From positions 184,836 through 248,835 of the IMG/VR virus record IMGVR_UViG_3300035703_000005: DNA of 64,000 nucleotides. One strand, written 5' to 3'. The notes beneath the pieces were generated by a model. It saw only the letters and a list, made by a program, of their open reading frames with translations. It was not told the DNA's origin and did no database searches. Both the position numbers and the translations under genes were made by a program. Every line of letters begins with the position of its first letter. Positions within the stretch are counted from its first letter, which is position 1. Positions 11,012 through 23,000 of the stretch are shown here, one piece after another.

Positions 11012-14000
11012 TTATAGATCTCTTGTTCTACTAATCATTGGTCCAGTCAACAACCCAACTAAACCATTATTTGTGTACACGTCAAATTGTTTTGGAGAAC
11101 CCAAAACTCTATTTTCATAATCAAAAATCTTGGACCAACTATATCTACCATAGAAATTATTAGTATTAATTCCCGTATTATTCTCACCTCGTTTATAAAC
11201 TTCAACATAATTACCAGTTGGTCCTTCAATTGGAGCAAAATTACAAGTTACTGTTACTATTCCTGATGCAGCATTTGTGACGTTTTCAACAATATAAACA
11301 CCATCCAAAAATTCAGTAGAAGTACCAACTCTAGAAGCTGGATAATTTGACATTCCACCTAGAGAAGTAGTAATACCAGTTAAAGCATGACCAACAGTTA
11401 CATTACTATTTGTAATTACAAAGTAGTCCCCTTTAGACAATTGACTGTAAGTAATACCAAAAGAATTCAATGATGAATATCCAATTCCAAGAGTGCTGTT
11501 ATCATAAAACTCAGATTTAAGAACGAATTCAACTTTTGGTGAAGTTGTTCCAATTCCAGGAGTTCCTGCAACAAAAGTATTAATACCAATTATCGTTCCA
11601 TAATCACCCATAACCTTAAATGATCTGACAAATTCAGTTTTTGGAGAATCTGGTTCAATAAGAACCGATGGTGCATTTGATTGGGAATATCCAAATCCAC
11701 CATTTATAATAGTAACTGAAGTAACAACTCCCGCAGTAACATTTGAAATAGCAGTAGCTCTATTATAAATTGGATCTGCATAAATTGATGTTCCAGAAGA
11801 TCCAACAAAAATGTATCTACCTTCCAATCCAATTTCATTGATAAATAAACCACTTCTTAAATTGTTAACTTGATTTGTTTCTCTTAGAACCCAATTTGAG
11901 AGATCGAAAGAATAGTATAAATTACCTAATGATGTCAATATCACATAAAAATCATTGTATGAAATGTCTATAATATCTTCGGAAATATTTGTAGTCACTA
12001 AATTAAATGTAAATGAATTTGTAGATTTAATAACTGTACCAAAATCACCAACGGCTACAAATTCACCATCAACATGAATAACTTTGTTTAAATTAGCAGT
12101 AGTTGGCGATAATAAATCTTCCCAAATTACTCCATTCACACTACTGAGTATTACAGAATCATTACCAACAGCAATAATATTTGATGGTCCGTAAGCCAAA
12201 CTATTGAGTGTTTGTAATGTTCCGGAGAATCTACTTATTAGTGTTGTCGTTCCAATACCAACTCCACTAAATATCGAACTTAATCCTACAACAACTACGG
12301 TATCTAGATATGAAGAATACGTAATATCAGATATTGGACCAGTATATCCAGCAGAAACTCTAGCAGTCACTCCGACAGTAGGAGTAACAATTTCTCTTAA
12401 AAGATTTATTGCACTCCAAGGTCCAATAGTATTACCTACAGAAACTGCAGTAGCAACAGTTCCATAAGATCCACCGACAAAATACCTATTTGTACCAACT
12501 CCAATTATAGAATTGTAACTTATAGTAATTCCGAATCCAACTGAACTGGCCTGCCAAGAACTTCCATTTAAACTGTATGCAAAGGTATCGTTATCTCCAA
12601 CGGCAACAACATATTTGCCCGTATAAGAAATGGAATTTAAATCATACAGAGATGATATTCCAGTACTTGGTTTCCAATCTTTAATTGGATCCTTTCTTGT
12701 TATTGAAGATCTAGAAATAGTAACTACAGGATTTCCTGTATAAGCATATCCAACACCACCATCAGAAATAACTATTGATGAGATTGAAGATGAAGAAGAA
12801 ACTACAGAAGTACAAATAGCATCCTCTGTTATTCTGTTTTCACCAATTACAAGATCTCTAAGATCTTCAGCTACAGAATCAACATCCGAAAATAATGGAT
12901 AAGCATTGTCGATGTATATTGACTCATCAGTTGGCACTATCTTTTTAATTACATGTGCGTTTGGTTTAACACGACTTCTAATGCTTGGTCTACTCTTAGA
13001 ATAAAGTGAACCACTTATAATTTTATCTTGAGTTTGTTTGATCCAAGTTAATGGTCTATCTTTAGTCGAATCAGTCGTTATACCTACACTATTATATGTG
13101 AATGTGTCAAATTGGTCTGATGATATTATTTTTTTAACAGTTCTATCAAATTGATCAATATCCAATAAATCATTTTTATTTTCTCTAATAATAATTACAT
13201 CACCTTCTTTTATAGTTTTAGGTGGTTCAATTTGCTCAACATCAATAGAAGAACCTCTATAGTATAAAATACTACATGTAGAATTTTCCTTTGGAGCTTC
13301 TTTAAATATTATTCTAGAACCAGAATATGTGTATGAAGATTCTGGAGTCTGTAGAACATCATTGATATAAACAAATATATTATTTGTGATGTTTAAATCA
13401 GAACCAGGTATAGTTCTCAAACTCAATATTTCTCTAACATTATTTGTGGTTACACTTAAAGTAAACTTCTTTCTAAAACCATTAAAATTTGAAGATATGT
13501 CATCAAATTTTATAAATTGACCAGGGTAAAATCCGTTAAATTTATCATTTTGGATTTCTTTTACAGTTAAAGTAAATTCTTCAAATGAAGTTGATAATCC
13601 AGGATTAGTTGTTATTCCAATTACAGATAATACATCACCAACTTTATATCCAATGCCAGGATTATCTATTTTAAATGATATGATACTTGATCCTTGACCT
13701 ACAGTTACTGATATTTTAGCGCCCTGGCCAACGCCAGAACTCCCGCCAGTGTACGCTACACCAAGATTACTATAAGATGTAGGAATACCAATAACAACCG
13801 TTGGTAGGGAGGTAGTAGTATACCCAGAACCAGCGTTTACAATAGTAAATCCAGTTACAGTACCACCAGCACCAACAGATGCAGTGATGCTAGCTCCAGA
13901 TCCAATTGTAGATGCAATACTGACATTTATATTTTGTCTGTATCCGGACCCAGCACCAGTCAAACTAATTGCAGAAATAGTTCCTGCGGCTGATACTGTT

Positions 14001-17000
14001 GCTACTGCTGATGCTGGCAACAATGGTGCATAACCAAATCCGGTTGTAATTGCAACTTTAGAAATTTTACCAGCACTAGGAGTTCCAGATAAAAATCTTA
14101 CCACATTTTCGGAATTACCATCTATATCATAATCAACTTTTGGTTCTTGGAAAACATTATTGATAATAACAAAAGGATTATTGTTGATCAATGAAGAATT
14201 GTTTACATTATTAAAAATAGTTGTGGTTGTCTGACCACCAGATTTTAAAGTAAATTCTGTTGCGGCAATTCCAGTGAAAGATAAAGAAATATCGTCAAAA
14301 ATGATATTTTTATCTACTGGTTTTGAGGGATCAAATCTTCTAGTAAATACTCTACCAGAAAAAATAGAACCAGTTTCAAGACCAACTGGGCCAATTTTTC
14401 CATATGGAGCTGTTGTAAAGTAAATAACGTCACCATCAATATAATAATCTCCATTAAATATCGTTGCAGAAGCTCCTACAGTATGAATTCCAGAAACGCT
14501 ATTAAAATAACCCCTCTCCACATTTACAAAATTTGTCGAACCTATACCTATATTTTTAACAAGTAAGTATTCGGAATTAATATTGATTACATCATTGACA
14601 GCTAATGATGAAATTCCAGAAGAAACCTCGATAACTGAAGTTGTAGCAGTGGAAATTGGAGAATTTAAGGTAATTGCCAAAGATTTTCTTCTTAATTGAG
14701 TTTGTATTATTCCATCAATGGTTATAATTGTAGAAGGAAGTGGATCTTTATATTTTAAAGAATGTATGCCAGATCCTAGTCCAACAATATCAAAAAATAT
14801 ACTAGTAGATAATCCAGAAACCCTAAAGTTATTATCATCAATTTTATTGACAAATAAAGTTCGTGGTAATTTATCTGTACCTAGTACTGAAGGCGTAAAC
14901 GAAATACTATCATCTGGAGAATTTCCGCCAATATATGTTCCAGAAATAGATACTACGGATGTAGAAGCATATCCAGATCCTCCATTTACGACTTGAATTA
15001 AAGAAACAAGTCCATCATTGTCTCGATAAACATTAAAAATAGCACCTAATCCATTAGCATCGGTAGATGGTAAATTTAAGTAACTATTATTAGCTTCAGT
15101 CTGTATTCCAGTTGGTGCAGTTGCAGTAATAGTAAAACTTAAATCATTTGCTGGCGTAGACCCCTTAAAATAAGTACCCGCTATTGAAACCACATCCCCG
15201 ACTTTAAATCCAGATCCACCAGAAACTAATGAAAGGGATGTTGATAGAGGTTGACCTGTTCCAACGTCATATGTAATAAGTGCATTAAATTTAGCATTAC
15301 TTCCACTAGTAGTACCAAATCCAATAACATTTAAAAATAGTTGGTTACTTATTCCAGCTGGAACAACTACTGTAGAAATTCCTGTTATAGGACTAGTAAC
15401 TGCTTGTGCATATCCATTTTCAAAGATTGCTGTACCATCATAGTTTCCTACTTGCATTATTACGTCCAAATCACCAACAGCATAAGATGTTGTAGCAATT
15501 CCTATAGGCGATCCAATTCCATAATCATAAATCAATTCTTGTCCAGATTGGAAATTATGATTTATTGATGTAAAAGCGTTATTGGAGATATTGACTATCG
15601 CACTATCGGATGAATCAAATTCATATTTAAATAATGGAGTTCCTTTATTTTTCAGTTTAAATGTAGTTAATCCTACTACTGATCCGCTCCTAGAAATACT
15701 TGGATATACAACATTGGGAGCAGCAGTAGTACCAATTCCAATAATGGATGTTACTATCCCAATATAATTACCAATTGCAGACCAAACATCAGAACAACAA
15801 TTTTCATTATAAGTAGGACTACAAGAAGTATCCGCCAATATCCTAGTGTCAAATTGTTGAGGTTCCGTAAATACAGGTATTTGATATGAAGTGGATATAG
15901 CTACATTATTAATAACGTATTTCGATAAGTCAATAATATACTTAAATCCAGCTATAGTTTCTTCAGACTCTCCAGCTACATATGAAGTACCCAATCCACT
16001 CCAGTAAGCCAATCCGGCCTCAACAGACTTGTTATTTGATTTGTATTTAATGTCATGTGAGATTGCATCAACAATAAATCCAACATCTCTTTTGCAAATC
16101 TCACGATCCCAATCTATATTTGTTGTTATACCAGGATAAGACGAAGTAATAAATCCAACCACTTCCTCCTGAATAAACGATCTATTCAATTCCAAAAGAT
16201 CGGATGCATCAGCATATCTTCCATCCAATTCTTGAATAGAAGTTCCATCAAATTGGTCACTAATATCATCTATTGTTATGACTTTATTTGTTTTGTTGAT
16301 AATGAAATTTCTTAAAGATATCCCACCACTCAAAAATACTCTTTCAACTGAACCATCATCTAAAAAATCTTCTTCATATACTATAGTAAAGTTATCTTTT
16401 TCATATAGTGACTTGTGAGAATCTATATTTACCAAGAATGAAGATTGTTTATCGAGAACAGATGGTTTTAAATTGGTTGTTCTACCGATTCCGTGTGTTG
16501 CTTTGGTATAAATTTCCAAATCAGAAAATTCTTTAAATCCGGATGGGTGTATAATAGATCTTACAGACTCTCTCCAAATATCATATGGAATTTCACTCTT
16601 AATTGAATATGAAAACTTCTGGTAATAAAAATTATCGGAAATTCTTTGATTAAAATCGTTTAAAATTCCAACAGAGTTATCAATAACTCCCACCTTATCT
16701 CTAAATGGACCTAAAGTAGATCTTAGATTGAAACTATCATGATACTCTACTGTGCCTGTTATTTTTGATACTTCGCCGGTAATTTTATCTCCCGTTCTCA
16801 ATTCACCAAAAGAATTATTGGTTCTTAATTGATTTAAATCATTATCCCATCCATCTTCCATGACAATGGAAGAAAACTTAGTTGAAGTTACTCTTTCTTT
16901 AGAAAAATATTTAACATCATCAGCTAAAATCATATCAAAAACTGGCATGTCTTTTTTGTTTACGACATATCCCAAAGTAACTCCATCATCATACGTACCA

Positions 17001-20000
17001 AAAAGACCGGTAGATATTCCAGTCATATCATAAGTAACAGTATTATTCTGACTACTTATTCCAACTACTTCAAAAAATCTATATTCATATGATGAAGAAT
17101 TGAAATTAGACTTCGATTTTGTATTTGGAGTAAGTCTACAACCTTCGATAAAAATTTGATCACCAATTTCAAATGGGAAGATAAAATCAGTTTTACCATA
17201 TCCTGTAGAAATTAATGGATTAGAATTTGAAGAGTTAGCGAGTTCTAATGTTACCAAATCTCCAGAAACACTAATAAAATCAATATCATACCCATTAGAA
17301 TTGTAAATCGGTATAATATCGAGAGGTTCTGATAAATTAGTTACATTTTGGACAACATCAACTTTTACTATTGAACCACCACTGAGTTGAGGCTGTAACT
17401 TAATTTCTGTATTTTCTTTTACAAATAAAGTTGGTGGAGTATTATAATTTTTACCTCCAGTGATAATACCAATGTAATCAATTCTTCTTATATCTTTAAT
17501 TCCTATAACACTTGGTACACTTAATACAGGAGATAGAGTTGGATCTGTTGGATAATCAAATCCATCTTTAATTCTTTCTAAAGACTCTACTTTTCCAATG
17601 TTGGGAGAATTTAATTTTATTACTGCATCCTTACCTCTTTCGGATATAATGTTACTGACATATGGTAATTTGTCATACTTTCTGCCAGAAAAATTAATCT
17701 TAAGACTTGATATTGGACCATAAGCAGTTTTAGAACTAGTCAGATATTCAATTGTAGAGGATGCATAAGAATTTTTTTCTAATTCGGTTGGTTTATTTTT
17801 TAAATTAAAATTAAATACTCTATCAGAAGATTTATTAATAATAAATTTGCTATTTAATATATGAGATTTCAAAACAACTTTATTATTACCAATTACATCC
17901 TTATCGGAAGTAATTTGATTTTTTCTTTCATCTATTGGACTCTTTGGTAATAAGTTATAGTAAAGTAATTTTGGAAATCCAGAGATAGAAGTATCCAAAT
18001 CTACATATGATCCAGGGAATCCTGCAGTACCATTTCTCGTAATTGCAAATCCTATTTCAGTATTTCCTATAATTTCTAATTTCTTTTGGAAATCAACGTC
18101 AGCATAAAATTCCAGATACATATCAAGAATACTTGCATCTGAAAGATCAAATCTAATTACATTCCCATCAACAAAATGGAATGGAGGGTTTATTAAATAA
18201 AATCCGTGAGATGATCCGCCAACAGAATTGATATTTACTACTACATTATTTTTTATGTCAACTCTATTTTTGCATAGTTTTACATTATCAAAATCCGTTT
18301 TTAAGATATAATATACTTCATTATTTTGCAATCCATCGGCAGGATTACTGGAAACATATACTACTTTATCACCAGTTTTTAAACTGGTATCAGTTAAGTC
18401 AATTTTATTCTCATTTATGTTAATATCTGAATTAGTAAATTCAATTCTTTCTCCAGTAATTTTCCTGATTTCTGGATTATATAATATTTTTACAGAGTCG
18501 GTTTGATTATTAAATATTTTTAGTTCTATTTCATCACCGGTTAACAAATTGTGGTCCGCAGTAGTCGTTACTATTCCAGTAAATCTTTCCAAAGTTGACG
18601 TAACTTGGAAATTTTTTGTGGTTAATGAATGTGAAGCGCCTACAGTATTTAAAATATCATCAAAATTTACAAACTCTACACAATTTAAAGTTGTTCCTAT
18701 CCCACCAACACTACTAGTAAATCCTATAGTGGATATTCCAATATAATCAACACCAAAATTTACTGCATATACTGTTTGACCTTCATCAAAAGATATAGAA
18801 GTGGCGGATCCTACATTATTATATTTGAGTGGTGTACCATTAAATCCGGAAAAATAAGTTAATGGTTGACCAGTGTAAAACTTATGGTTTGGTATATAGA
18901 TTGATTTTTGTGGAATAAATCTAGATTCTACGCTACTTGTACCAATACCAACCAAAGACCTTGTAACTCCAGCCGTACCTGTTCCAACTGACTCACTAGG
19001 ATTGAAAAATACAATTTCATTTAAAGTAATAGAGTCGGAATTTGATCGTTCAAGATCAAATGTAAACTCAGTTGGTAGTAATTTTACTACATCAATTCCG
19101 GCTGTATGAACGCCTGTATTTTGAATTCTATTAACATAAAATCCAGATCTTTCTGGGGAAACTCCCGTAATATGAAGAATTTCGGTGCCTATGCCAATGA
19201 AATCATTTGATTTAAACCCGGAAATATCTTTTACGGTTATAAAAGTAGAAAGTCCGGTCGTAACTTGATCTTGAATATCATTTAGAAGTTCAATAGTTTT
19301 GTCTAAAACACTTATTACATGACTACCTTCAATAGTCGATGACGTTATAGTCGAAACTCCAGTAAGAATAATAGTTTCATTATTAACTAATTGATGAGGT
19401 TCATCAGTTTTTCCAACTACTTTTCTTGATTTAATATCAAAGTTAACTTTTATAATTTTATTATCGACAATAGAAAACTGTAAAACATCAGACCCCTTAA
19501 CTTTTGAAACTACAATATTTGCTCCACTTCCAGAAGTATTTTTATTTTCAATTACTAATCTATCGTCAACTTGATAATCTCTACCAGCTGAGAAAATAGA
19601 AGTTGAAGTGATTCCAGAAAAATTAACTGTATCTATTCTAAATTCTTGTTTATAATCTTCAGAAACTCTATCAATCAAATCGTAATATGAATTATTAAAA
19701 TTTAAATAATATGGACCGACATTTCTAGTTATGTTAAAAGTGCCAATATCAAGATCCTGATTAAAAACTGGTAAAAAGTTTTCTTTAATTGGTTGGTCTT
19801 TAAAATATTCACCAATTACATACGGATATGATGGAACAGAATTTCCAGTTGGATCAATACTTATGGATGTAAAATACGCATAAATTCCATCTGGATATTG
19901 TGGCGTTAAACACCATCTTCCATTATATTCATCAAGATCTCCAGAGCCCGTATAAACATAATCGTTAATGAAATATCCAGGCTCAAATCCCTGTGGACGA

Positions 20001-23000
20001 ACAAGTGGATCAGTGTTTGCCCTTAATTCATAACTGGTTCTTATTTGTCTAATAGAACCTCCAGATAAAGGATCATATCCATATGGACCATAAATTGGAT
20101 TTCCATCATATGCAAATCCAAGAATAGGTGAATGAGAAAGAGTATTTAAGTTCTCAGAATTGGTATCTGTAAAGTTATCATTTAATTGGAATCTGAGTTT
20201 TTTGGGAATATAGAAATTTATAAATTCTAATCCAAAATCTGGATTTTTACTTGGGTATAGAATTCCATCGTCTTCATCAGAAATTGATGGAATTGACTTG
20301 ACAACCTGATTTATTTTCCATTCAAATACATTGCCTAAAAATTTTGCATCCGACCCTCTATTAACAACTGACATGGTTGTGTTTGAGGATGCATATCCAA
20401 CACCACCAGAAATAATATTTACTGATACAACTCTACCATCTTCTATAATTGGATCAATCTGAGCAAACTGACCATTTCCATTAATTATAATGTCAGAGTC
20501 TTTTCTATATCCTCTACCTCTGTTGATAATTTTAACATCTCTAACGGTTCCGTTAATAATGATTGGTTTTAATACACATTCAGATATTATACTGGAAAAT
20601 CCTACATTAGGTCTTCTATGGTAATTTACAATATCCGTGCATCCATAAGAAACTCCACCATCTTCCAAATAAACATCAGTTATTGAACCAAGAACTATTG
20701 GTTCTAATAATGGTTGAACAATATCGGTTGATCCAATAGCAGATAATGCTTCTACTGAAACAGTTATTGCTGGATAACCAATAGTGTGAGTTCCAAATCC
20801 CAAACTAGAAAATTCTACAAATATATTATCAATGTAATTATTCCTAGTAGATGTTGTACCAATTCCCGCTTCAGATAACTTAAATTTATTTTTGTCGATT
20901 ACTTTTACATAATACTGAATTTGAGTAGATAATCCTGCAATTGGAGTACCAGTAGTTGAGTATTCAACTAATTCACCATCAGAAAAACGATGATTTGTAG
21001 CACAAATATATGAATCAAAGGTATTAATTCCAATGTTATCTTTTAAACTTAAAATAGAAGGTACTTTTACTTTTCTGTTGGAATATCCTTTACCAGGATC
21101 TTTAACAAATACTTGAGTAATAGTATTTTTACTTTTAATAGTTTCTATAACATGGAATCCAGAACTAATTCCTACTATATCAACCTCATTTACTTTATTT
21201 ACTGCATCTTGAAAAGTGTTGAAAATTTTGATTGAATTTGAACTGGTAATTCCAACAAAATACCTAGAACCATCAACTAAACCACCAATATTACTATTTT
21301 GATTAGATCTATAAATTACTTCTTCAGCGTCATCAAAATTGTGATCATTTAAAAAAGTAATAACATTAGTCAAAGTGTTTACTGCAGACTCTGGTCTAAA
21401 TCCTACGGATATTCTGGATTTAATTAAATTGGATTCTAAAATACAACCAGATCCATTTCCACCAGATATTGTAATTTTTGGTTTTGTTTGATAACCAATT
21501 CCTGGAGTTATTACTTTAACTGATTTTACTTCACCGACTAAATTGACATGTGCTTTCGCTCTAGATCCAGTATCGTCTTTAATTTCTAAAGGAGCAACAT
21601 TAATTACATCATAATTTTTACCAGAATTTGTAACATCAATAGAAACTAATTTTCCATAGTAAATGTTTTCATCAAAAAGAGTAGGAGATAATAATTCAAC
21701 TCCATTAGCCAAAAGTCCTACGGCTCTATTATTAGTTGTCCTATCATTTTTGTCATCAAAAACATTAAAAGCTCTGTTTAATCTAAACTTTTTTAATAAT
21801 TTTTGATTCTTTATTGTTTTATTCTCATATCCAGACTTGAAAAATCTATCGGATGAGATTCCAGAATTAAAACTTATATATTTTTTGGAAAAAAGATCAG
21901 TATTACTATAAGATAATTTAATATTATTATTATTGAGTTTAGTTACAAAATAATACCCTGTAGAAATTCCAGAAAAATTGCTGGAAATTGGATCATAATA
22001 AATTGAATCACCAGTGACTAAATTATGATTTTGTGAAAATAGTGTATCTGTAATGCCTGCTCCAGAACTAGAAGCATTTTTTTCCGTATTCTCTATGAAA
22101 AGAGTATAATTAGGTAGTCCTGTAGATGTTACATAGAAATTAGAATCTTCAGAATCTACATATGTATTCTGAACTCCTGATGGAATTTTTGAAAGTCCAT
22201 CAAAAAATCCACGATTATGATTTGCTTTATAAATTATCTTTTTTACAACTTTAGAATTTAAAAGATTAAATGTTGGATTTAAAGCCTGAACTACTAATCT
22301 GTTAGAATATTTTCTAATTGTATCTCCAGGATCAAATTCTACAGAAATTATAGAAACATTGGAAGAATTGTTAATTCCATCATCTAGTTTAATAATTTCA
22401 TCTTTATAAAAAGAGACTTTATCGTAGAGAACAACTCTAAATTTATTTGCGTCTAACTGAGAAACATTTTTTATTATGTGATTTGTAGGAATATTATAAA
22501 TCCAAGAATTAAATTGGAAAGAATCACTTAAATCTTTTCCGAATCCAGAAAGAGTAACTTTATCTCCTACTTTTAAATTAGAAGTTTTGGAAAAATCTAT
22601 AGAATCTATAACATTTACAATTCGGAAGTCTACTCTCGACGTATTTCCAAATCCAATATAACTAAAAGCAAATTTTTCTTCAACAATATCTAATCCATAG
22701 TCAAGATCTCTATCAATTCCAGTAACTCCTAAGAATTGATTATTTGTTTTATCCGAATAAAACAATTCTATTGTATTATAATTTTTGGGAGTTACTAAAA
22801 TTTTACCAGATTTGGAAAATCCAATGGTAGAGTCAACAAGAATAGTATCAGAATTTTTTGGAACACTCTCTAAAATTTTAGTTTTACCAGCAACTTGAAA
22901 TGCTCCTGATAATGAGGTCGAATCCAAAGAAATTTCGTATAAATTTTTATTTCTTAGTGGTCTAAATTCTACGTTAAAAATAGAAGCACTTACAGTTCCA